From an uncultured Gemmatimonadaceae bacterium (GTDB taxonomy: Bacteria; Gemmatimonadota; Gemmatimonadetes; Gemmatimonadales; Gemmatimonadaceae): a stretch of DNA of 64,000 bases. Position numbers and translations under genes: made by a program. This document shows, piece by piece, positions 43,136 to 55,646 of the stretch. The DNA is taken from contig CAWHHI010000008.1 of the NCBI GenBank assembly GCA_963829055.1, forward strand, positions 192,001 to 256,000. The letters run 5' to 3'. The notes under the pieces were generated by a model. That model made no database searches, had not been told where the DNA came from, and saw nothing but the letters and a program-made list of their open reading frames with translations. The number at the start of each line of letters is the position of its first letter. Position 1 is the stretch's first letter.

Positions 43136-43295
43136 GACTAGCTACACGCTGGGAACATCTGCCGACGGCTGCATGCTGCGGCCGCACGCTGCCCGCTGCT
43201 GCTATTACTGCCGGCGATCACCCAGCGCGCTGCTCGCTGGTCGCCCGAACAACCCAGTCCCGATTCCCAGTCCCCAGTCCCCAGTCCCCAGTCCC
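43107..43295. repeat. Inverted pair of heptamer tracts (GGGGACT)n ... (CCCCAGT)n
   Basis: GGGGACTGGGGAC...GGGGACTG at 43108-43134; CCCAGTCCCCAGTCCCCAGTCCCCAGTCCC at 43266-43295; between convergent genes. Confidence 0.7.
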
Positions 43296-44699
43296 TACCT
43301 GTGCATTGGCAGCTTCGCGTCGGCCGTCTCGGCAGACGCCGGCTCGCCGCCGGCGCGTTCGTACTCGCTGCGTAGCGTGTCCATCAGCTCGCGGCGACGA
43401 TCGTAGAGACGGCGCAGCGGACGCTTGCCGCGCACGGCGAGCGCGTACGACGTCAGCAGCGGCAGCGCCACCGTCGAGTCGAGGTAGCACACCACCGCGT
43501 CAGGCAGGCGATCCGGATCGATCTTTCCCCAGCTCACCGCCTCCGCCGGCGTCGCGCCCGAAAGGCCACCCGTGTCGGGGCGCGCGTCCGTGATCTGCAG
43601 GAAGAAGTCGTGCCCCTTCTCATCGATGCCGAGCACTTCCTGAATCTGCGGCTCCGTCTGCAGCATGAAGTTTTTCGGGCTGCCACCGCCCGCGATCAGC
43701 ACGCCGCTCCGGCCGCCGCCGCGCTTGGCGCCGAGCACGATCGACGCCGTCTCGTTCACGTCCGCATTCGGATCGATCACGCATTGATTTCCGTCGAGCG
43801 CGAGCGCCGCGACGTTCATGCCGATGGACGAATCGCCCGGGCGACGACGTGTAGATCGGCACACCCGCGACGAACGCGGCGGACAGGAGTGACTTCTGCC
43901 CGATGCCTAACGCCTTCTCGCGCTCGCGGACGTACTTGCCGCACAGCCAGTGGAACTCCGCGCTCGACATCGGGCGCTGGAACTCCGGGCCCTGGATGAT
44001 CTTCCGGAAGAATGCGTCCGTCGACAGCAGCACGTCGTAGTCGAAGAAGATGTCGTAGATGCGGACGATCCCCTCCTCACGGAGCACGACGTCCGACTCC
44101 TGCGCGTTGCCACGATGCATCGCGAGCCCGAGCCCGAAGTGCGTGTCGTGGTAGAGATTCGCGCCGGTCGAGATGATCCAGTCGACGAAGCCCGCCTCGA
44201 TGAGCGGGATGAGCACCGCCATTCCCAGACCCGCGGGCGTGAGCGCACCCGTGAGCGTCATGCCCACCGTGACATCCGGGTCGAGCATCTTCTGCGTGAA
44301 GAGCTGACACGCCTCGCGGAGCCGCGCGGCGTTATACGCGAGAAAGGTCCCGTCGATCAGCTCGGTGACCGTCTCGGTGCCATCGATGCGGCGCGGATCG
44401 ATCCGCTGGCCGCGAAGAAACCGGCTGGTCTCGTGCGACGTGTGCTTCACGCCCGCCTGCTCACGCTCCTCGGCCGCACGCTTCTGGTCGGCTTTTGGTC
44501 CGGCCGGCGTCGAGCGCTTGATGGTCTTCCCCGGCCGAGAGCTCTTGAGCCCGCGCGGCCGCGACTGCGACGGTCGCGATTCCGGCGCCGGCTTGGCGGG
44601 CGCCGCCTTGCGCGCGTTAGGCACCGCTACTTTTCGGGCGTTCGGTCGCGGCTTCTTTCCGTTCCCGGTTCCCCCACTCCGGTTCCCTTTCTTTTTCAT
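43295..44699 (-). CDS. Deoxyhypusine synthase-like protein (homospermidine synthase/SpeY-like) with basic N-terminal extension; frameshift near 43845
   Basis: [35 protein letters not shown] (catalytic Lys motif); ATGA overlap with the LOG stop. Confidence 0.88.
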
Positions 44700-45727
44700 T
44701 CCCCTTCCCCCTCCATTCGCCCGCGCGAGGTATCGAGCTGTGCCCGGTAAGCCGATACGACAGCGGCGGCGGCTTCTGCCGGGTCGTCGGTGAGCAGCAT
44801 GAGATCCATGTCCCCTGGCGAGATCTTTCGCTCAGTGAGCACGCGCGTCTGCAACCAGCGCACGAGGCCCGCCCAGTAGTGCCGGCCGAAGAGGACAACC
44901 GGGAACTGATAGATCTTGCCGGTCTGGATCAGCGTGAGCGCCTCGAACAGTTCATCGAGCGTGCCGAATCCGCCGGGGAAAATGATGAACGCCACCGAGT
45001 ACTTGATGAACATCGTCTTCCGGACGAAGAAGTAGCGGAAGTTCACCAGCGTATCGACGTACGGGTTCGCGCCCTGCTCGAACGGCAGCTCGATGTTGCA
45101 GCCGATGGAACGGCCGTTCCCCATGCGCGCGCCCTTGTTCGCCGCCTCCATGATGCCCGGCCCCGCGCCTGTGATGATCGCGAAGCCCGCCTCGGCCAGC
45201 AGCCGCGCGACTTCCACGGCGCTCTGATACTGCGGGTCATCGGGTCCGGTGCGGGCCGAGCCGAACACCGTCACGCCCTTCTGCACCGACGCGAGCGTGT
45301 CGAATCCCTCGATGAACTCACTCGTTATGCGCAGCACGCGCCACGTATCCGTGCGCGTGAAGTCATCGTAGCGGCCGGGCTGCTGCAGCAGCTTTTCGTC
45401 CTCGGTCACCACCGCGTACGGGTTGCTGCGAATGGCGTCGTCGATCGCGCGCGTCGCGCCCGAGCTGCGAAGCGCTGGGGTCTGCGACGGCGGCGTGCGG
45501 CCAGCCATGAGGTGCCCCTGTTCCGTGCGTTCCCGGAGCCCCTCGAGCGCGTTCTGCGCCGCGTCCGCCAGCGTGCCGGCGTTTACCTTTTTACCGGACG
45601 CCGTTCTGGGACCTTTGGCGCTCTTGCTGGCAGCGCGTGGGGGGCTAGTCTCAGAGAGTCGTCTCGGCGCCTTCTTCGACGCCGCAGCAGGTCGCGGGGT
45701 GTCCGGTCGTTGTTTTCGTTTCGCCAT
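44696..45727 (-). CDS. LOG family nucleotide phosphoribohydrolase (TIGR00730-like); alternative start 45508
   Basis: [36 protein letters not shown]. Confidence 0.92.
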   Translation of the reverse strand: MAKRKQRPDTPRPAAASKKAPRRLSETSPPRAASKSAKGPRTASGKKVNAGTLADAAQNALEGLRERTEQGHLMAGRTPPSQTPALRSSGATRAIDDAIRSNPYAVVTEDEKLLQQPGRYDDFTRTDTWRVLRITSEFIEGFDTLASVQKGVTVFGSARTGPDDPQYQSAVEVARLLAEAGFAIITGAGPGIMEAANKGARMGNGRSIGCNIELPFEQGANPYVDTLVNFRYFFVRKTMFIKYSVAFIIFPGGFGTLDELFEALTLIQTGKIYQFPVVLFGRHYWAGLVRWLQTRVLTERKISPGDMDLMLLTDDPAEAAAAVVSAYRAQLDTSRGRMEGEGE

Positions 45728-45874
45728 TACACTCGGGTCGGCAGGAACGCTCGCGCGCGTCGCGCGGCAAGCGAATGAGTTTATCGACCCCACGACTCGG
45801 CGCGCCACTCGTAACGGCTCGCTGATTCGCCGGCCGGCGCCATCACGCTCATCGTACTTCGCTCAGGCACAGAC

Positions 45875-47365
45875 TTGTCGGTCATCATTCTTCTCGCGGA
45901 TGGGGCGCGTCCCGACGTCTTTCGTCGCGCGATGGACGACGGATCCCTCCCCGCGCTGGCCCGCCTGAGAGATGAGGGTGCGCTGCACACGGTGGCGACG
46001 GCGTTCCCGTCGGTCACCGGCCCGGCATATGCGCCGTTCCTCATGGGCCGGTATCCCGGGACCCATCGGGCTGCCGGGGCTGCGCTGGTTCGATCGCAGT
46101 CGCGAAACGGCTCGGGGCTTCGGCAACTGCCGCAGCTACGTCGGCTCGGAGATGCGGCACGTCGATGCCGACCTCGCCGCTGACGCCCCGACCATCTTCG
46201 AGCTCGCCGGCCCGTCCGTCGGGGCGCTGAGCGTGATCTGGCGCGGACTGCGGCGGACCGAGCAGGTTGGCCGCAATCTCGCGTTCGTGGCGCGCGCGGC
46301 ACGTACCCACTTCGCCGGCAACGTCGCAGGCTGGCTTCGAGATCGACCGTGAGGTCGGCGCTGAGGTAGCGCGACGCGTCCGTGAGCACGAGCCGCGCGT
46401 CACGTTCGCCGCGCTGCACGGGCATCGACAAAGCGTCGCACTCCGCCGGGCATGATTCGCCCGCCGTGCACGAGGCGATGCGCATCGTCGACGACATCGC
46501 GGCCGAGATTCGCCAGGACGCCGAGCGTGCGGGACGGTGGGACGCGATGCACCTCTGGGTCACGAGCGATCATGGCCACTCGCCGGTCACGGGCCACGAC
46601 GACCTCGCAATGCTGCTGCGGTCGTGGGGGCATCGGACCGTCGCGCATCCGTGGACGTTCGCCGGAGGCCGTGACGCCGCCGTGATGGTCAGCGGCAACG
46701 CCATGGCGCACATCTATCTCGAGCTCGATCGCCGGGAGCGTCCGTGGTGGCCCGAGCTCGCAACGCGGTGGTCTCCCCTCGTGGCATCGCTGCTCGAGCG
46801 ACCGTCGGTAGACCTTCTCATTCTGTCACACAGTACCACGTTGTTCGAAGTGCACAGTCCCGCGCGCGGCGCCGCAATGCTTGCCGTGCACGGCAATACA
46901 TTCAGCTATCGACCGACGAGTGGCGATCCATTGTCGATCGGGCCACACGAGGGACTGAGCGACACCGAGGCGTTCGACGTCACCGCCGAGTCGGACTACC
47001 CCGACGCGATCGTACAGATCGCGCGGCTCGCCGGCTCGTCGCGTTCGGGCGAGGTCATTCTGTCAGCGGCTCGCGACTGGGATTTTCGCGAACGGCACGA
47101 GCCCATTCCGCACGTGTCTTCGCACGGCGCGCTGCACCGTGAGCACATGCTCGTTCCACTGCTCACGAACCGCCCGCTTGCGCGCACGCCTCGGCGAACG
47201 GTCGATGTCATGCCGAGCGCACTGGCAGCGCTCGGACTGGAAATTCCGCCCGGGCTCGATGGTACGAGCTTCCTCGGCAGCGCGCCGGGCGGGAGCGGGA
47301 GTGACGGGCATCTTGCGCGTGAGCGCTCCGATAACGACCGTGGTGCCGAGTCCGCCGTGGCGTGA
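45875..47365 (+). CDS. Alkaline phosphatase superfamily (nucleotide pyrophosphatase/phosphodiesterase-like); several frameshifts
   Basis: LADGARPD, FPSVTGP (Thr nucleophile), DKASH, TSDHGH, SHGALH. Confidence 0.8.
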
Positions 47366-47404
47366 TGCCGCGGCGTCATACAACCCGGCACACCTGGGGG
47401 GGTC

Positions 47405-47815
47405 ATGCGTGCTCGCGTCATACTGACTGCGCTCGCGGTCGCTGTCTGCAGTGCGTGTGCATCGAGTGGAGGCGCGTCGAAGGCCAAGTCCGGAGGCTCG
47501 CGGAGTCAGGACTTCATCGGCGAAGCTGAGATCGCGCAGCGCGCGCGCGACGCCACGAATGCGCTGGCGGTCATCGAGAGGCTGCGGCCGCAAATGCTTA
47601 CCAGCCGCGGCGCTACTTCACCAAATAACACGGGCGCCGAGGACGTATTGCCGCGGGTGTACGTCGATGACGTTTCGTACGGTTCCATCAACTCACTGAC
47701 CAACGTGACCACGGGCCAGATCAAGGAGATTCACTTCATCAAAGGTCCGGACGCGACGACTCGATGGGGAACCGGGCACGTATCGGGGGTAATTTTGGTG
47801 CTGACCAAGAAGTAG
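47405..47815 (+). CDS. Small lipoprotein consisting of a TonB-receptor plug-like domain
   Basis: Lipobox CSAC; PRVYVDDV...IKEIHFIKGPDATTRWG...GVILVLTK resembles plug C-terminal motifs. Confidence 0.7.
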   Translation: MRARVILTALAVAVCSACASSGGASKAKSGGSRSQDFIGEAEIAQRARDATNALAVIERLRPQMLTSRGATSPNNTGAEDVLPRVYVDDVSYGSINSLTNVTTGQIKEIHFIKGPDATTRWGTGHVSGVILVLTKK

Positions 47816-47858
47816 GAAGTGCGACGCGAAACTCAGAAGCACCTGATGCGAGCCCCGA

Positions 47859-48137
47859 ATGCCACTCCCGAGAGAAATCCAGGAAGAGCTCGAGCGGAAA
47901 CGCCGAGCCGAGCATGTCCAGGCAGAGCGCGATGCGTTCTGGGCGAACGTGCGAGCGGCCCTCATGTGCGTGGCGTGGTCCGCGGCAGGACTCGCGTGCA
48001 TGGGTTGGGGTCTTCACACCAACGATGCAGAGCTCGGGGGGATCGCCTGGAAGGGCGGCATGATCATCGGCTACGTGGGAATCCTGGTGACGGTGGTGCG
48101 CTGGTACACGAAGGCGAAGGACCGTGGCGACGCGTGA
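47859..48137 (+). CDS. Small two-TM membrane protein
   Basis: Two hydrophobic segments; operon-like spacing. Confidence 0.6.
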   Translation: MPLPREIQEELERKRRAEHVQAERDAFWANVRAALMCVAWSAAGLACMGWGLHTNDAELGGIAWKGGMIIGYVGILVTVVRWYTKAKDRGDA

Positions 48138-48150
48138 CAACGTGGGTGTC

Positions 48151-48396
48151 ATGACCTGGCTACGCCTCACGCTCCAACTCGCGACTCGAGCCGCGTTCAA
48201 CCCAGCGCTCGCGGCCGACCTGCTCCGTGTCGCGTGGCGATTCCGGACCCGCGCCTGGTACCGGCGCTTCCCCTTCCTTCCGATCCCATCGCGTAAGTAC
48301 GTGCGCTGGCGGATGCACACGGCGTATGGTCAGTACGATGTAGTTCCGCCCGTCGAAGACGTTGTGCGCTACGCGCGCTGGGTCGGGCGCGGATGA
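48151..48396 (+). CDS. Small hypothetical protein
   Basis: WYRRFPFLPIPSRKYVRWRMHTAYG; stop overlaps the queG start. Confidence 0.7.
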   Translation: MTWLRLTLQLATRAAFNPALAADLLRVAWRFRTRAWYRRFPFLPIPSRKYVRWRMHTAYGQYDVVPPVEDVVRYARWVGRG

Positions 48397-49483
48397 GCGC
48401 ACTGCCGCGGCCGTCGCTTTCAGACGCCGCTGTCGAGACCACCGCGCATTCGCTCGAACAACGGATCAAGGCGCAGGCGTACGGACTCGGCTTCGATCTC
48501 GTTGGCATCACGCGCACGGGACCGGCACCGACGTCCGGCCGGTTCGAGCAATGGCTTCGCGCGGGCCGCGCCGGCGACATGCACTATCTCGAGCGCGGCG
48601 CGGAGAAGCGTCGCGACTCGCGACGTCCGGTGGACGGTGCACGCAGCGCGGTGGTCGTCGGTCTCGACTACGGCGGCCGCGAGCCCGCGGGACCAGTCGC
48701 TCGTTATGCACGCGGCGCGGACTATCACGACGTCATGGAAGCGCGCCTGCGGGAGCTTCACCGTCGCCTGAATGAATGGGTCGGCGCGCCGGTGCGCGGA
48801 AAGGCGTACGTCGATACCGGGCCGATTCTGGAGCGCGACCTCGCGCGCCGTGCCGGGCTCGGATGGTTCGGCAAGAACACGATGCTCATCAACCCACGCA
48901 GCGGATCGTTCTTCTTTCTCGGTGCGCTGCTGCTCGACGTCGAACTCGCGCCGGACACGCCGTTCGAGAGCGAGCATTGCGGGCACTGCACGCGGTGTCT
49001 CGATGCGTGTCCGACCGACGCGCTGCTGGAGCCGGGCGTGCTCGATGCGCGGCGCTGCATCTCGTACCTGACGATCGAGCTCAAGGGCGAGATCCCGGTG
49101 GAGTTGCGCGAGGCGATCGGCGGTCTCGTCTACGGATGCGACATCTGTCAGGACGTGTGCCCGTGGAACATCAAGTTCGCGAAGCTCCTGCCCGACGAGT
49201 CTCCGTTCGCGCCGCGTGAGGCGTTAGGCGGCAAGGACGCGCGGTCGCTCGCCCGCGACGTGTTAGGCATGACTCAGGAGGAGTTCAGCCGCGCCTTCAA
49301 GGGCTCGCCGATGAAGCGCGCGAAGTTGCGCGGGCTGAAGCGCAACGCGACCGTGGTGCTCGGCAACGTCGGAACGCGCGGACGACACCGACGTGCTCAC
49401 GCGTTCGCTCGACGACCGAGGAGCCGCTCGTACGCGAACATGCGGCGTGGGCACTGAGGCGGCTCAGCGCGCGACACAGCTAA
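48393..49483 (+). CDS. queG: Epoxyqueuosine reductase; frameshifts near 49378-49415
   Basis: ARYARGADYH, VDTGPILER, GWFGKN, CGHCTRCLDACPT, CISYLTIE, GCDICQDVCPWN; HEAT tail EPLVREHAAWAL ends at TAA 49481-49483. Confidence 0.93.
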
Positions 49484-49559
49484 CCCGCCTCACGGCTAGG
49501 AAGGCGATCGGCAGAGTGCCGTGCGATCACTGAGGCCGACACCCCCGCCCTGGCCATCG

Positions 49560-49590
49560 CGGGGAGTCAGGCGTCGACGCTGACTCCCCG
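49560..49590. terminator. GC-rich hairpin between convergent genes
   Basis: CGGGGAGTCAG pairs with CTGACTCCCCG. Confidence 0.55.
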
Positions 49591-49626
49591 TTCGTCGGAG
49601 CTCTCGACCTCCTGGCCTGACCATCC

Positions 49627-51815
<2,189 letters not shown>

Positions 51816-51867
51816 CTATTCCTCCACGCGGCTGGAAACACGGCGGCGATCGATCTATCCTGCGGTC

Positions 51868-52866
51868 ATGTCGAATGGACCAACTCATCGCGGACGGAAC
51901 GCTCCGGTGACATCACCTTCGGTAGAGTCGGACGCCGCGATGCGAGGGGCTCAGGACGCAGCGCGCGTCGCGGCGCTGTGTGCCGAGCTCGCGGCACTTC
52001 TCGAGCAGCGGACTGGCGTTGATGGCGGGCACGAGACGCCGATTCCGCAGCTGACCCTGTGGCGGTTCTCCAACCCGACCGAACCGGCGCATGTGCTCCA
52101 GCAACCGGCGGTGTACGTCGTGGTACAGGGCCGCAAGCAGGTGACGGTCGGCGACGAGACGTACGTCTACGACCCATCGCAGTACCTCGCGGTGTCACTC
52201 GAGCTGCCGACCGTAACGCACGTCGTGGAGGCGAGCCCTGACGCGCCTTACCTCTGCATGACGCTGCGCGTGGATGCGCGCGAGCTCGCGGCGTTGATCG
52301 TCGAGACGGAACGGCCAGCCCCCCGCGACGATCACGATGGACGGGCGCTCTTCGTGAGCTCACTGCAGGCGCCGCTCCTCGACGGGTTTCTGCGGCTGGT
52401 GCGGCTGCTCGATGCGCCGCACGACATCCCAGTGCTCGCGCCTCTCATTCTGCGGGAGCTGCACTTCCGGTTGCTGCAAGGAGAGCAGCACGGCCGTCTA
52501 GCCGAGATGGCGATTGGCGACGGACGGGTGCGCCGCGTGGCCGGGGCGATCAGCTGGATCAAGGAGCACTACACGGAGCCGCTGCAAATCGACGCGCTCG
52601 CGAAGCGCGTGAACATGAGCGCCTCGGCGCTGCACGGTCACTTCAAGGCGGTCGCGGGGGTGAGCCCGATCCAGTATCAGAAGCACCTGCGACTGCAGGA
52701 GGCTCGTCGCCTGCTGCTGTCGGGAGCGACGAGCGCGGAAGCGGTCGCCTACGAGGTGGGCTACGCGAGCGCTTCGCAGTTCAGCCGGGAGTACGGGCGG
52801 CTGTTCGGACAGCCGCCGCGTCGCGACGCCGAGCGGATGCGCGAGCTAACTCCTGTGCGATCTTAG
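51868..52866 (+). CDS. AraC-family regulator (AraC_N, YqhC-like)
   Basis: VVQGRK, SPIQYQKHLRLQEARRLL, VGYASASQFSREY; divergent from the SDR-AKR pair. Confidence 0.92.
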   Translation: MSNGPTHRGRNAPVTSPSVESDAAMRGAQDAARVAALCAELAALLEQRTGVDGGHETPIPQLTLWRFSNPTEPAHVLQQPAVYVVVQGRKQVTVGDETYVYDPSQYLAVSLELPTVTHVVEASPDAPYLCMTLRVDARELAALIVETERPAPRDDHDGRALFVSSLQAPLLDGFLRLVRLLDAPHDIPVLAPLILRELHFRLLQGEQHGRLAEMAIGDGRVRRVAGAISWIKEHYTEPLQIDALAKRVNMSASALHGHFKAVAGVSPIQYQKHLRLQEARRLLLSGATSAEAVAYEVGYASASQFSREYGRLFGQPPRRDAERMRELTPVRS

Positions 52867-52869
52867 AGT

Positions 52870-53135
52870 TCGCGCGCCGGTGCCGAGCGCGATCTCATAA
52901 CGGTTTGCCGATACATCTCCCAGGACGTGTGTCCGTCAAACGTCGCGGCGCGCGCCGTCGCCGTTCTCGACGCGTGACGCGTTCGGCGCGAAGAACGGAC
53001 GCGCGCGCGCGCGAGTTGTTAGGCATGCGCCAGGAGGAGTTCAGCCACGCCGTCACGGGCTCGCCGATGAAGCGGGCGAAGGTGCGAGGCCTCAAGCGCA
53101 ACGCGGCTGTGGCGCTCGGGAACGTCGGCACGACC
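52870..53135 (+). pseudogene. Degenerate duplicate of the queG 3' region
   Basis: CAGGACGTGTGTCCG matches queG QDVCP codons; LGMRQEEFSHAVTGSPMKRAKVRGLKRNAAVALGNVGT versus queG LGMTQEEFSRAFKGSPMKRAKLRGLKRNATVVLGNVGT. Confidence 0.85.
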
Positions 53136-53287
53136 ATCACGCGCTCCACGGTCGGAGGTCGATGATCGTGGTCGTCGCGTGAGTGAGGCCCCGATGATGC
53201 AGCGAGGTTCTGCCTATCTCGTCTACGCCGGCGCACTCAACCGTCGTGGCGCTCGGGATCCACGTTTCCCCATGCGGAGGTGCTGAC

Positions 53288-53425
53288 GTGTCGGACTCCA
53301 CTCCCCGGCAGCCCGCGGGCCTCATCACGATCGCGGCCTACTGGCTGGTCGCGGCACTGATGGCGCTCGCAATCATCTACTCGCTCGTGATCGTGATGCG
53401 GAACTGGTCCCACATCAGAGTCTGA
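53288..53425 (+). CDS. 45-aa single-TM protein upstream of norC (not in the ORF track)
   Basis: GGAGG at 53276-53280, GTG start, MSDSTPRQPAGLITIAAYWLVAALMALAIIYSLVIVMRNWSHIRV*; ends 9 nt before norC. Confidence 0.7.
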   Translation: MSDSTPRQPAGLITIAAYWLVAALMALAIIYSLVIVMRNWSHIRV

Positions 53426-53434
53426 GAGAGAGCG

Positions 53435-54256
53435 ATGCTGACCAAACGACAGACGCGCGCCTTCTTCTACGGCAGCAGCGGCATCTTCGCGCTCATCTTC
53501 CTCGGCCTCACCGTCGACACGCATCGCCAGGTTCCGAGGCTCACCAACGAGGCGAACAACACGCCCGAGGTCATCGCCGGCAAGCACGTGTGGCACCGGA
53601 AGGACTGCATCAACTGCCACACCCTGCTGGGCGAGGGCGCCTACTACGCTCCCGATCTCACGAAGATCACACAGCAGCGAGGCAGTGCGTATCTCGCCGC
53701 GTTCCTCAAGGATCCGACGAAGTTCTATTCGGAGGAGCGCGATCGCAGGATCATGCCCAACATGAACCTGAGCGACCAAGAGATTCAGCAAGTCATCGCG
53801 TTTCTCGATTGGGTCTCGAAGATCAATACCCAGGGTTGGCCACCGCGCCCGATCATGGTCTCCGGAAGCGTGACTCCGGGGACGGAGGAGCTCGGGGGCG
53901 CACCACCGTCGTCCGCGTCGAACGATCCGGTCGCGCTGGGACAGGCGCTCTTCCGCACGACGCCACCCGGCTGCTTCACCTGCCACTCGACGGCGGCTGG
54001 CGTCACGCTCGTCGGTCCTTCGCTCGCCAACTTCGCCACGATCGCCGCGCAGCGCGTCAAGGACCCGAACTATCACGGCAAGGCAACCGACGCTGCATCG
54101 TACATGCGCGAGTCCATCATCGAACCGAGTGCGTACATCGTCCCCGGCGCTACTTACTCCGCCGGCGGAGTCTCGTTCATGCCACCGGGCTTCAACGTGT
54201 CGCTCACCGCGCGGCAGGTTGACGATCTCGTCGCATATCTCACAACGCTCAAGTAG
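53435..54256 (+). CDS. norC: Nitric oxide reductase cytochrome c subunit, extended diheme form
   Basis: TM anchor; CINCHTLLGEGAYYAPDLT and RIMP; second heme motif CFTCH...FMP. Confidence 0.9.
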   Translation: MLTKRQTRAFFYGSSGIFALIFLGLTVDTHRQVPRLTNEANNTPEVIAGKHVWHRKDCINCHTLLGEGAYYAPDLTKITQQRGSAYLAAFLKDPTKFYSEERDRRIMPNMNLSDQEIQQVIAFLDWVSKINTQGWPPRPIMVSGSVTPGTEELGGAPPSSASNDPVALGQALFRTTPPGCFTCHSTAAGVTLVGPSLANFATIAAQRVKDPNYHGKATDAASYMRESIIEPSAYIVPGATYSAGGVSFMPPGFNVSLTARQVDDLVAYLTTLK

Positions 54257-54270
54257 GAGCTCGCCCAGCA

Positions 54271-55646
54271 ATGCGCCACCGGACTCAGGGCGTCGCGTAC
54301 GCGTACTTCGTGGTCGCGCTCCTTCTCTACGGGCTCCAAATGGTCTTTGGACTGCTGGCCATCTCCGAAGTACCTCGGGCCCGATCCGATCCGCGACTGG
54401 CTCCCGTTCGACCGCGTCAAGGAGATCCATACCAATCTCCTCATCGTGTGGGTGCTCACCGGCTTCATGGGAGCCACGTACTGGGTCGTCCCCGAGGAAT
54501 CGCGCGCGGAACTGTACTCGCCCAAACTGGCCTACTGGTCGCTCGGCCTCTGGACGCTGGCCGGCGTCACGGCCGTGGTCGGCTACATCTTCGGCTGGAC
54601 CGAGGGGAACAAGCTCCTCGAACAACCCTACCCGGTGAAGCTTGCGATCGTCGTGGTCATGCTCCTCTTCCTGTACAACATCGGGATGACCATCAGAGAA
54701 TTCCGGACGATTCACGACCACCGAAGGCGTGCTCGTTGCCGGACTCGCGCTCGCCGCGCTGCTCTACCTGCCGGCACTGCTGACGTACGACAACTATACG
54801 CTGAGCATCTACTATCGCTGGTGGACGGTGCATCTCTGGGTGGAAGGCGTGTGGGAGATGATCCAGGCATCACTGCTCGCCTATCTGCTGATCCGTCTCT
54901 CCGGCGCCGACCGAGAGGTCATGGAGAAGTGGCTCTACGTCATCGTCGGCCTGACGTTCATCGCCGGCATCCTGGGGACCGCGCACCACTATTTCTGGAT
55001 CGGCGTGCCGCAATACTGGCTTCCGATCGGCGGCATATTCAGCGCTCTCGAGCCGTTGGCCTTCCTGGGCATGGCGATCTACGCGTACAACGCGATCCGC
55101 CGCTCCGGTATCGCGCACCCGAATCGACTCGCGCTCCACTGGTCGCTTGGGAGCGCGGTCTTCTCCGCGCTCGGGGCCGGGATCCTCGGTTTCGCGCACA
55201 CGTGGCCCTCGGTCAATCAGTGGACGCACGGCACGATGATCACCGCGATGCACGGTCACATGGCCTTTTTCGGGGCGTATGTGATGATCGTGCTCGCGAT
55301 CATCGCCTATGCGCTGCCGCAGTACTTCAACTATCCCGAGGAGCAGCGTGAGAGCGCCGCCGGGTTGTGGGCCTTCTGGCTCCAGATCAGCGGGATGTTC
55401 GGAATGACGATGGCCTTCGCAGCGGCCGGAATCGTCCAGACTTATCTCGAGCGCATCCTTGGAATCGGCTACCTCGAGACGCAGCGCAAGATGCAGGTAC
55501 ACTACCTGATGTTGGTGGGGGCCGGCATTCTATTCGTCCTCGGTGTGGCGCTCTATCTCTACGACTTCTTCATCGTTGCGCCACGGCACGAGCATGCTGA
55601 CGTTCGTCAGCACGGCACCGTCGACGTTCGTGCCGCGGAGGCGTGA
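54271..55646 (+). CDS. norB: Nitric oxide reductase large subunit (cNOR type); frameshifts near 54360 and 54710
   Basis: IHTNLLIVW, WWTVHLWVEGVWE, GTAHHYFWIG, SALEPL, HGHMAFFGAY; short form lacking the qNOR N-terminal domain. Confidence 0.92.
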
